Shown here: positions 41,401 to 52,993 of the stretch, in pieces
Layout of the letters: every line of letters starts with the position of its first letter
Numbering within the stretch: position 1 is the first letter of the stretch
Source: Ascidiella aspersa
Lineage: Eukaryota
Assembly: GCA_963924565.1 (NCBI GenBank)
Contig: OZ004607.1
Location: forward strand, 9,486,001 to 9,550,000
Length of the DNA stretch: 64,000 nt
Reading direction: 5' to 3'
Position numbers and translations under genes: made by a program
Notes under the pieces: generated by a model
Database searches by the model: none
What the model saw: only the letters and a program-made list of their open reading frames with translations
What the model was told of the DNA's origin: nothing

Positions 41401-44400
41401 TTTAAATTTCAACGGATCGATTAACCAATTATTTTTATAAGCGTGAAATACTAGTTAAGCGAAAATAAAACCAAAATCACACTCTACATTTCTTTATTGG
41501 TGTTTTATCATTTTATGTTCTAGAAATGCGAGAAAATTCCTCACACACGGCGACAAGGCATCCCTGAATGTGCCCTACTGGTCACCCAACGTATCACCAA
41601 GTACCCCCTCATGGTGCAGGCCCTTCTCGAAAACTCCAAAGAAAAAGGTAAAAATAAGTGTAACAAGCAGGTGTTTTGCAAGCGCCACAAACGGTAAAAT
41701 AAACAAACACTTCTAATAGCTTTTGACATGCTTTTGTAATTCTGCTCGATGATGAAAACTATCCTTGCGCTCGTAGTATTGCGTCACGTGTGACGTAATG
41801 TGCAGACGACTTGGGGACCCGCTCTTCTGGCATTTGTAGCCGGAGGGGAGGGCTAGAGAGCAGCACTTATAAAATATTGCAATCCGAACAGTTAATTAAA
41901 AAAACACAATCTCAATTTTAGCGAATTGCTATAACTCAGCTGAAGTATAAAATTGTAATAAATACCGTGTTTTACTAAAAAAAGGGCCAAATAAAAAACG
42001 TCTATCCAGTATTTTTACAACACTAAACAGCAATCTTTATCAAGATAATGGTTTACAATTTTTGGCACTGTTGTTATTTCGACCCTTAATTTTTTTACCT
42101 CTTTTTTCGTTAGATCACAAGGAGGAATACGAAGACTTGACCCGGGCCCTGGAACTTTCCAAGGAAATTGCTAAGAACATCGACGACCAGGTTCAGAATT
42201 ACGAGCGCCAGAGACAGCTTTACGACATCTACGACAGGACGGAGACCAAGTCGGCGACCTCCTATAAAGGTGAGCGATTGGCAGGGGATAGAAATTTGAT
42301 AAAGATAAAAAATTTTTAAGCAACGCGTATCTCGTTGGCGTAGACTGACTTTTTTATTTGATCTTTGATCATCATAAAAGTTTGATCAATGTGTTAAAAT
42401 CTCACTTAAAGTCAGTATTTATCACAAATACTTGGTTTAGCCGAGTTTGTCGAAATGAAGTATTTCCAAGGCGTTTCAATCGATTCTTTACGATTAAAAC
42501 AAAATGACATTAAAAAGGCTTTCTGCGCCCATTGTTATTCTTATTTCTTCGTTAGTTAAGCAACATTTTAGTTACTAACATACACATTCTTACCTTACAG
42601 ATGGCCGAAAGTTCGACAGGAAAGATTTGCTGAGAAGAAATCGCAAACTGCTTTATTCCTGCAACTCTGTTCAACTCAAGATTGCTCGAAAGTTTACCGG
42701 TAAGTGATCGCTAAGATGTCAACACTAAACCAAGGTGTGATATTAACTTAGCGTTTAACTTTCAATTTTAATCCGAATAACGCCGTCTGGTTTGTGACAT
42801 TTATATTTTTTTCGTCATGCACGTGGCGTATTAAAAGGTAAAAATATCTTTTTGGTTTAGAACTTCGCCTGTTATCACGTTTATTTTTTATTACAGATGT
42901 TCAATTGCTTGTTCTCTCCGATTGCATCGTGTTTCTTCTGGAAAGTGGTGGAAAGTATTCGTTTCCTTCGGGACAGGTAAGGAAAAAGCAATTCCCTTCT
43001 TATTATTATCTAGGATTTTATAAAGTGGAGTAATGTTTAGCATATATTCTACTATTTGAATAATCTGATTTTTGAGTAGAATAGGTATTCTATCACTCTC
43101 TTTACTGTATTACGAGGAAAACAACACCCCTTTGTACTTTTAAACGAAAAAAACGTTTTTTGGGATTGGCCTCTTTAGCGGTAAATAAAACCTTTATTTT
43201 AATCAAAACCAAAAAATCCGAAAAAAGGCATGTTTCATTTTGCCTGACATATTCCTGTTCCGCTGATTTTTATTTAACGGTAGTTGAGGTATATTTGTGG
43301 AAAACGCCTCTTTGAACTTCAAAAATACCCACAACACCCCTTTGATTGCTGGCGTGATAATCTATTTCCGCTGCTTTAAAATAAACATAAGATCAGTAAA
43401 AAAATGCCAGGATCGCGTTACATCTAAACGTGCAGACTACATATCTATATAAAATTCGTACGCACATTCTTCAAGATCTAATTTCCTCCAAACTAACCTC
43501 CTCCTCTTATTTTGCAGCCGGCCGTCGTCTCGCTTCAGAACCTGCTTGTGCGCGAGGTTGCCAGTAGTGACGAGAAGGGCCTCTTCCTATTGAGTCCCGG
43601 GAGCCAGCAGATGTACGAGATGAAGACCTCCACGTCGGACGAGTGCAAGACTCTTACACAGAAGACGAGGGTGGCGGTGGGAAATTGCCCGGACGAAGGT
43701 GAGTTCATTGACAATTGAAGATGTTTAGTCGTCTTGATTTAATGCTGGCCCTAGATGCAACTGTTTTGTAATGTAATGTGCGCTGAGAGTTTGTACTAAG
43801 GATAAGTTAAAATATATTCTGTTTTCAATTCTGAGTATATTTTAATCCTTGTGTTTGCCTTAGTCTTGTTAAAAAAATACGTGTTTTATCTCACATTTTA
43901 CAGCAAGAAACATAACAACCTTAAAGCACCCATTTATTATTAATTACAAATATTTTTGATTAGTGGAAAAAAATTGCCATCAAAAATGAGGAAAAGCCTA
44001 CAAATCATACACAGTGTTAAAGAATAGGAAATATGTGGAGAAAAACAAATATGATCCCCAACAGAATAAAATGCAACAGCCAAGAATATTTTACCTTATA
44101 ACTAAAAGTCTTGACCATGTCCCCAACATTTTGTTCACAATTCTTCACCAACATATACGATATACCATTTCCTTCAAAAAACAATGTTTCCTCCACCAGA
44201 TGAGGGCATCCCGTCGGAAGACGAAGAGGAACGTCGCATCCATGAACTGCAGCTGGCCAAGGTGAGGAAGCTCATCTCCCAGCTGGAGCACAAGGATCGC
44301 GAGATCAACCGACTCCTCGCCGACAAGATGGGAGTCTTCCAGGCGCTGGCAGACTCGGTGGACAGAGGAAACCCAACCAGTGAGTAGATAACTTGTTTAC

Positions 44401-47400
44401 GTTAGGCTTTAATGAATATGCTGTTGCTGCAAGGCATTGTTTCAATTGTACAATATTGTTCTTCTGGCAAATTTTTTTGCCAACGTTTCGACTAGCTATT
44501 CGGGTAATCTTCTTCAGGGCCATACAATTAGGTTTTAAGATGTTAAGTGTTAATGAGGCCTTTAAGTTAGGTAAAGTTTAGGAAAAAAATAATACTTTAG
44601 TTTTTTGATATTACTGCTTCTTTTTTTCAGCTGTCAATATAAAAGAAACAAAAGATAATATTACTGCTTCTTTTTTTCAGCTGTCAATAAATAAAAGAAA
44701 ACAATCAATATTTTACTTATATTAATAGTACCACTTCTATTTTCAGCTGTCAATATAAAAGAAACAAAAGATAATATTACTGCTTTTATTTTCAGCTGTC
44801 GATAAATAGAAGAAAAATATTAATATTTTACTTATATCATTATTACTCCTTAATTTATAAGGTTTTATTGTTTTTACTAAACATTTTAGAAATCTTAATC
44901 TTCTTGATATGTGACAAGTATTTCTGTTGCAACCAAATAAAACTCATTTACTAATTTGAAACCAATCATCCATTTGTTACGTAGACACTCTTATACAGTG
45001 GTTCTTTAGAATAAAGCAATGTCCTACTATTCCACTTTAGCACTTTTTCTAAACTAAGCTTCACCCTAAGTCTTCAAATCTTACATCGTGATAAATCAAT
45101 CATGCGACTCGACCTAAGAATCCAACGCAAATCACTGGAAATCTTAAATCCCCCTAAAAAATTGTAATATTTTTATTTCGTTTTCAGCTCGCAACCATTA
45201 CTCGTATCCCAGCTTCGTGGTTTCTTCAGAGGACGACCTCTCCAATGCCAAGCAGTCGGTGCCAGCGTGCGCCCCAACCCTGCAGAAGGCGCTAGAACAA
45301 GGTAAGTGTGCTAGCTAAAAAATTCAAACTTAGAAGACGATTCATTGTAAGTTGAAAAAAAATGAAGTCGAGCCATAATAAGTTTTTCGTTTTTTAATGA
45401 CAAAATATTGATGATGAGCAAGTTAGTTCTAATTACGTAAAATCTACAATGCACTATACCTACAAAAAAGTTTAAATTCTTTCACACGTCAGGAATTTAT
45501 AGAAAACAACTTTGCGTTTTTACCCAACTGTTTGTTTTCAACCAACCCCAAACTTAGCAAGTAATCCTCGTATTTTTCTGTTTTTCCCCAGTCACCAAAC
45601 TCTCGAACGCCATATACGGCGCCGGGGGACTTTCCCGTCACCCCTCCAGCGTGGGTGAGCACGACAGTGGGACCACGACGACCCCATCGCTGCCAAAGAG
45701 GTCCGACACCTTTGGGGGCTTCGACAACGGCAAGGAACCGCCTTCGCCACGCAGTGAGTGTTATTTAAGGCAGATTTTAAATGATGCGTTTGATTGTGAC
45801 GTCGTAATAATCGTTTGTTTACCGGAATAAGAGCTGTTGCTTACAAACATATGAGTGTCGGCAAAAATGTAATAAATCGTTCGTTTACAATCTATTTTAA
45901 TTAATGCTATGAATATGACGTAGTAAAGGTTGTTTTTTTTACTCGAAACATAGATCTTTGCAAAAGTTTTAGCTTAATTACAACTAATATGTTTGATTAA
46001 GGTCGAAATTGCTGGTTTACTGATATAATTTTATTAAGTTTTATAAGATAATGATATGGAAATAGAAAAGCTATCAAATGTATGTTGTTGTTTGTTTACA
46101 ATTTGCGGCCAAAAAATAACATAAGAAAGAAACAGCGTTAACACAAATATAAAAAATAGCGATTTAATCCGCTTATTACTTAAGTAAGTAATTGAGAACA
46201 AATAAAAAGACCCTTAACTAAGTTGGGAGTAAAGTTGCTGCACAAATATTCGAACCACGCCAGTCATTGTTGCGTCATCACAAATCTGTTTACGTCACAG
46301 CGAAATACATGAACACGTCGCAGAGCGACAGTCGTCTGAAGGAGCTGGAGAACTCCTCCGTGTCCGAGTCCTCCAAGAGAGACTCCGGTCTGGTGGATCT
46401 CGACATCACTGTGGGAAGGACCGACTCGCAAAGCAGTATACCTAAAGCATGGGTGAGTTTGCGGTTGTTTTTGATATTTTTTCCTGTTCGTTATAAAGAA
46501 TAATACTAAAATTGGTTGAATTGCGTTTTATCTCTATTAAATAATAAATCAAAATAATTCTAATGTTAATTAAAGCATGGGTAAGTTTGGGCTGTTTTTC
46601 TCCGCTGTTTTCATATTGTTCCTGTCTGTTATAAAGAATAATACTAAAATAGGGTAAATTGCGTTTTATCTCTGTTTGGTTGTAAATAAAAATAATCCTA
46701 ATCCTAATCTGGAAACGTTACCCTATCCTGTAAAATTCACGCTTGGGCAATTCGGCCGAAAAATTAAATTTACACAAAAAAAATACTGTTGTTAACCTAT
46801 TCTAGTTGCGACTAAAAAACTTTGACAAAATCACGTGTTTAGTTTCTATATATTTCGGCTTTAAAACAGTTTTAACAAAAAATTAAAAAAAATATCATAT
46901 TTTCACATATAATGTAAAACTGCCTTTTTGCTATTTTCTATCAAACTCAACGTATTTAGTTTATATATAATGCGCCCTTAAATATAACGACAAAAAACGT
47001 ATCTATGTAATTCCCCAAAATGAAACATCATTCAAACATATTCGTTTTGTAAAACAACCCTCTGGTTAAAAATGTAATATTTTCAAATTTAATGTAAAAT
47101 TGCCTTACCATGACTAAAAATTTGTAGTGTGTAATGTAACCACTATGATCCTACATGGTCTTACATTTGTTGTAACCAAGTTCTTCAACCTTAGTGTTAA
47201 CCTTTGAACTTTGACCCCAGCCGCCCAGCAACAACAGCTCGAGCCACAACCCCTCACCCACCGCGAGCCAGCCCCCGGACGAGGAATTCCCCCTTTTGCC
47301 CCCCACCACTGACCAGGTGACGGCCCTCACCCAGCTTAGCAACCTCTTCAACAGTTTCCTCTCGGTCGCCTCGCAGAAGGACACCCACATGGAAAGGTGA

Positions 47401-50400
47401 AATAGCGCTGATTGGCATGGTTATTGGATATGTGCAAACCTTTATTTGGAAATGTAAAATCGGTGAAATGGCTCGCATTTTCAAATACAATGTCGAACTA
47501 AATGTTAAGAAACAAGAATTTTCCTGCCCCTTGCTAGTAAATGAGGAATTTAGAGGACTGACTTTTAGATAATATTTATATTTTCAAATGCATTGCAAAT
47601 AGCCACATTTTTGCCTTATGTTAAGATATTTAGAAAGGTAGATAAAATGAAAAAAAAACAGCTAATATTGGTTTAAAAGCTAGATTTTTTATTACTTTTA
47701 ACCGGTACAATGGTACATCAAAATACAAAAATACGTCAATATTAGTAAAATATATATCTATATTTTTTTGAAACACAAAAAGACTGAATGTGCTTAGTAA
47801 TCAGATTTACGCTACAAGCGGCGCAAGGGACATACAGGAAAACGAACTTAAAAAAATATTTTCCATATAACCAATAATCGAGTAAACCACCCTTTTATGA
47901 GAGTTCTAAAAGCACTTATAACATAGCTAAATTCGAGTAACTCTTGGTAAAGACCCGACGTTGATCTTTATCATTCTTCTTCATGGCAGGTTGCACCTCC
48001 AGCTGATGCAGGATCGCGGATCGATCACCAAGAAGCGATCCGGGACGTTGGCGGATGCTGAGATGAAGCGGAACCAGTTGAAGCAGCAGGAGCAGATGGA
48101 CGACCTCAGAAGACAGCAGGTAAAAAACAAAGAACGATCGAGTGTGAAACCGTTCTTCCTATGTAATTCCAGATTTGAAAAAAATTGTCATAAGTATACA
48201 CAATACTTTTCTTTATCATCATCTTTTAATCTTCCATTTCATTCCTCTTAATTTTTATTTTTTTTAAGTCTTTTTTATTATCTTTACGCTATTTAACTTT
48301 ATCATTTAACCAGTTATCTATATTGTTTCTTTATGTGATCCATCTTCTGTTTCTCCTGATCATCCAATTCTTTACTTCCTCCTCCTAGCAACAATTCAAG
48401 TCGGAACGCGAGCAGTTCAACCGCACCAACGAGCGCTTCCAGCGATCCATCGACCGCGAGCGACAAGAAATGGATGATGAGAAGAGGCAGATCCTCCGGA
48501 GCAAGAAGGAGATCGACGAGCGTCTGGAGGAGGTCACCCGCCTAAAGGATGAGCAACAAAAGGAGCTCACTCGCCTCCGGGAACTTCAGAGAAGGTCCCA
48601 GAACGAGATGCACACCTCTGCCTCCTCCTCCGCAATCTCTGCCTCCGCTTCCAACCGGAACAACAGCAGCAACAACCTGGACACAATCGACTCCAAGTTA
48701 TCCCTGGATGCGGCTGGAGCAAAGTCCTCTTCTTCGGCTCTCTCCGGGAGCAAGTCCTTCTCCAGCCTTCACGTGTCCAATTCCGCCGCCAACGCCGACC
48801 CATCAGGGAAACCACCCGCTTCACCCACGTACGCGAGCGCCGCCGATTACCCCCGGACTTTCCCCGGGATGAAGAGAGACTCGGCGTCGATTGTTCCAAA
48901 CCCGGGAGCGGGCCACCACCCACTTCCCATTCATCTGCAGTACAGCGCAACGAACCAGGTCACCGCTTTGCAGGTGAGTCGTGCGCCGTCTTTTTGCTAA
49001 ATTTAGTGTTTATTGACGATTTGTTTTTTCCTATTTTGATTGCAGTTTTAATAAAGGGATGTTTTATGACGACCTACAACGATTTTTCGTTAACCTGGTA
49101 AAAAACGATATTACCGTTCTGCTTTAAGCTGATGTCTTTTAATTTACATGCTTAGGACTAAATTCTACTTTAATTTAATTTTATGTAGACTTTATTTTTT
49201 TGCCCTATCCCGACGAACCTTGATTCGTTTTTACTAAGACTACAGCTAGCTTCTAAATCTAAAATCTAAATGCTATTAACATTTACCCGAAAATTCGGCT
49301 CTTTGTAAGATATATAAAATAATGTCAGTAAAACTTGTCGTATTATAATTGATGTTTTTTCTAAAAATTAAAAAACGTAATCCTAATAAAAACACGCATC
49401 TTATTGAAAAAACAAAAACGATGTTCTCTTAAAAGAAACAAAGTGTTCCTTGTTATGTAAAAATTACAAAAATGAGGCCGTTTTCGCGGACAATCTCAAA
49501 CGCTACTTCCCGTAAAAAAAAAAACTAACACGCTGTTTTTTTCGTGCACCGACGAAGGCCCCGAAGCCGCAGACCCTTCCCTTGAAGATCGCCACCCAGG
49601 GCAAACCGGAAAAGCACGGCGTCCACCAGATCATACCAAGCAAGCTGTCCAAGCTGGCCTCGGGCGGTCAATCGTCCGGCCACCAGCACCCGTCCAGTAA
49701 GAAGCTACATATTGTGTAGAAGTAAGTCGGCCCCGGGCCCCCAAACCCCCCTGGCATCCCCCCTTCGCTCGCCCCACCTTTTCGCGGCGAGCGATGCAAC
49801 TCACTACTCACTGACGATTGAACTCGCACTACTCGGTCATGCGGCATGACTCGCGTCGTCTTTACTCGCACGCGCGAAATCGCGTCGACTGCGATGAAGA
49901 CTGCGAGCTAGCTTGATTTGTTTGCCCTACTTTTGGCTTGTTTTTCTTTTTTTCCGGCCTGGTATTATTTCCCGAAAACATGCCTTTCTAACATTTTTGT
50001 TGTGTTGATATTCACCGCATTGATTTTGTTTTCAATTTTTTTTTTTAAAGTCACAATCACATTTCACTAATAACTCTATCGTTATGTTTTACGAGTTTTA
50101 TTACAACCATCAAAAAAAAAATCTTTATTTGTCCCAAGTTTCTGACATTTATGTTGTAGTTAAACTTAAAACAAAAAAAAAGTGCTGTTAAAAAAAGCTT
50201 TTTTAAACTTTTTAAAAAACAATACAACGCATTTCTTTAATCATTTTAACTCAAAAGACAAAAAAAAATTAACTTTGTTACTCTGAAAACCCTTGTAATC
50301 AAAAATAGGTTTGAAATTGAACCCAACGGACCAAAATATCTTCCAGTAAACCATATATGCTTCCTGCCTCTGTCAAACTTACTGGCCTGAGCTTGCATGT

Positions 50401-51110
50401 GTTTCGTAGCAACTAGCAATAAAACTAACTAACTGCTTTTGATTTATTTCCAAGAAAAAAGTCCTCACGTTTTGATTTGTTTTATGATTTTACCCTTTGA
50501 AGCTAGAATTGAAAATAAAACGATTTGTCCACTCTTACAACATTATATAGCTATGAATTATTGTACATTTAATTTGAATGTTTGGTAACTCTTATATATA
50601 TCGCCAAAAAGTTTAAATAAGAACTTTTCCCACACTGGCGTTACACCTTCTTTCATTATTTTTTGTTTGCTTGCAAATAAAAAATTGCCGCATGGAATGC
50701 TTCTTCCAATAACCAAACTCGCTACTCGAACGCTCGACTCGTTTTCCTAACTCGTGTCTCGCCACCCAGGTTCTGACCCGCGAGTCCGCCTTCCTTTCTC
50801 GCGCGTCCACCACAAGCGCTCCAGCAACCCGGAAATAACGTCATCGGCTTCTCTGTCGTCATCGTCCGGCGCCAACCTGCAAGTTCCCGCGGGCGCGGCG
50901 CCCATTGGTCCAAGGTCGACCAATCACGGGCGCCTGTCGCCCTCCAACGCGACCAATAGCGTGTCGCCGTCACGCCTGAGCGACGACGGTTCTGTGGAGC
51001 GATCCAACTCCTCGTCTTCCTCCAAAGACGGAGATAAGCATCACTCCGCGAGACACTTTAACTTCCACAGCAAGCACGACCGCGAGGAGTCCATGGAGCT
51101 ATTCTTTTAG
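35483..51110 (+). CDS. ARHGEF18: Lbc-family Rho guanine nucleotide exchange factor (ARHGEF18/p114RhoGEF; AKAP13/ARHGEF28/ARHGEF2-like), core spliced CDS of 22 exons, 1129 aa plus a variable N-terminus
   Basis: Exons, all AG/GT bounded and phase-consistent (total 3390 nt): 35483-35540, 37062-37117, 37268-37329, 37450-37506, 38168-38211, 38701-38841, 39794-39984, 40907-41068, 41524-41647, 42114-42269, 42601-42699, 42897-42976, 43518-43698, 44200-44379, 45188-45301, 45592-45753, 46301-46452, 47221-47396, 47990-48119, 48389-48973, 49558-49696, 50770-51110. Family motifs: pre-DH DSWS..KK..KRQDNIYEIIQTE; [19 protein letters not shown]; [24 protein letters not shown]; CPDEDEG; [12 protein letters not shown]; coiled coil; [12 protein letters not shown]; C-terminal MELFF. 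Assignment to the family is firm; the exact vertebrate ortholog is less so. Confidence 0.92.
35612..35772. repeat. ~24-bp tandem repeat (gtatagcgtcaaaaaagtaatttag), about 6-7 copies
   Basis: The units are directly visible in the sequence. Confidence 0.9.
36458..36874. repeat. ~200-bp tandem duplication
   Basis: ctttaagagtacaac...gactgaattttaa..ctga.cataagccctctgaaat...gttgtaatgca...tttatact.aaatat occurs at 36458-36665 and at 36680-36874. Confidence 0.85.
38701..42269 (+). CDS. ARHGEF18: RhoGEF DH (Dbl-homology) domain exons
   Basis: Five exons translate to ...[27 protein letters not shown]...[13 protein letters not shown]...EFCCRHNE...[27 protein letters not shown]...[24 protein letters not shown]. 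Confidence 0.95.
42601..43698 (+). CDS. ARHGEF18: RhoGEF PH domain exons
   Basis: Three exons translate to [17 protein letters not shown]...[23 protein letters not shown]...[26 protein letters not shown]...MYEMKT, matching the Lbc-type PH domain. Confidence 0.93.
44607..44850. repeat. Intronic tandem repeat (atattactgcttc-tttttcagctgtcaatataaaagaaa), 4 degenerate copies
   Basis: ttttcagctgtc(a/g)ata is repeated four times. Confidence 0.85.
46443..46702 (+). repeat. ~128-bp tandem duplication including the exon 3' end and splice donor
   Basis: taaagcatgg|gtgagttt... at 46443 is repeated as taaagcatgg|gtaagttt... at 46571, with shared gttataaagaataatactaaaat and ttgcgttttatctct. Confidence 0.85.
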
Positions 51111-52640
51111 GAATCACGCGGTAGAAAGACACGACCGTCAATGGATCACTAAAGTGACCATAACCATTTTATAATGCTCATGGTCATGTCAAGTCAAATG
51201 GCATGTGTTTAAATCAATACTCGCATGGTTCTATATTAACCTATCAATTTCTCAAGTCCATTTGCGTCTGTGTCTAGATTTGTCCCAAGTCAAATCTTGC
51301 TCATTTCAAATCTATTAGCGTCGGTGTTCCAATCCGTTTGCGGTCGTGTCTTTCTGGGCAGCAACAAACCACAATAGTTTACCAAGTTCAGCATACGTCG
51401 TCGGCCTAGTCCAATAGTCCCGGCCGCGCGTTGTAACTCCGTTAGAGGTCGTCGTCGTTTCGTTTGTAGTCTCTCTCGCAGGAATGCTCCTAGAATTCGT
51501 GCCGTTCAATTCCCACTGCTCGACAACTCTCAGTCTTTTGCTTTACTTTCTCGCCAGGTCTAGTTAATTCACCCCCATCACCTAATCCCTCTCTTTCTCT
51601 TGTTTCATAAGTATGTAGTCGCCCGTTATCTTTCCTTTATCGCGTTCGCCGCAATCATGGTCCGTAGTCGTTCGTTTCTTTTTATCAGCCACCTTATGTC
51701 GTCGCAGACGGCGCGCCGTTTTTACTACAAGAGAAAGTGTATTTTTTTACCAGCGCGAGTTTCAAATTTGTGTGGAAGGTAAAAAGGCGCATTTGCATCG
51801 CTATGCAACGCGCATTTTGAGACAAAAATATGCGAAGTTTGCGGCCACTTTTCTATCTATCTATTATATGTCTTATATAACATTTATAACCTACCAGTAT
51901 GCCGACATCGTCCTTTTGTTTTCAGCTTCAGTTTGGCTCATACGCATTTCCGGCTTTTTCAACTCAATAGAGATTTGCTTTTAACGCCCAATTCGCCTTC
52001 TTTAAAACCTCCTATATATTAACACGGTTGCGTTTATTTAGCTTTTTTCTAACCGGACTGTAGCTTAATAGCTCGGCTTTGCTGTTAGCCTCTTCGCTTA
52101 GCCGAGCAGATTTTTTCCCTGCACTACTCTCTTTCTCACATCTCTATTCTTTTGCGCTTTTTCGTTCAACAGAGACATTTGATGGAATTCTTCGCCGCGT
52201 CGTTTACGTTGTTATTGTTGTTTTACTCCTTTTTTCTCGCCGTCGCAATATGATGCTAGCAAAGTTAAAACGTGTCTGAAGTTGATGTTAATTCGCGAGG
52301 GTTGAAGGATCATAATGCCGCTATAATGAAGCAACAGTGGCATGCATAAAACTATAGAGACTTTATTTATACGTCTAAACATGACAGCACAGCGTTGTAG
52401 ACATGTCATTTTGAGATGACTTGAGTCGCCAAGTACGAGCCTAAGTATAAAGTCATTTGAAAACAGTGACTTATTTGCAAGTAAAGTTATCTTGCCTGCT
52501 CGAATTATTACACTGGTCTTATAAATCTGCGAAGTTGTAGAGAAAAGAGGGCCAATTAGTAATAGGACATCAAATCTTGACCCATTGATAAAGGGAAGGC
52601 AGATCCATATTAATAATAAACATTGCTGACTCTTGAAACA
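51111..52640 (+). other. Probable RhoGEF 3' UTR with poly(A) signal AATAAA at 52615-52620
   Basis: Follows the stop at 51108-51110. The AATAAA lies just before the convergent MRPL42 3' end. Confidence 0.45.
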
Positions 52641-52993
52641 AATTTTTGAACAATAATTGCTTTATTTCGATCTTGATGACGAACAGGAAACGTTTGTTTA
52701 TTGTAATAATTACTTTGCTTCCAAAATTGATTCTTTGACTGATAGATCGCCCTGAACAAGTTTAAACAATTTAGGGTTAATAAGCGTTTTTTGGTTGGAA
52801 GTAAAATATCCAGTACGACTTACATACATTGGTGCACCATAGTCAAATATATCTAAAGTAGAAACAAACACAAGTAGTCTGGTACACAATTTATCCCCAC
52901 GTGGTTTTGTGGCATGCGTTTCTAAATTGCAATACGCTGCAGTATGCAAATTCATTACAGATAAAACTTTACTGACACAAAAAATGAAAAATG

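Noticed and set aside
48385-48950. Overlapping antisense and alternative-frame ORFs (also 28785-29162, 47151-47490, 50613-50973)
   Set aside because: They are shadows of GC-rich RhoGEF exons.
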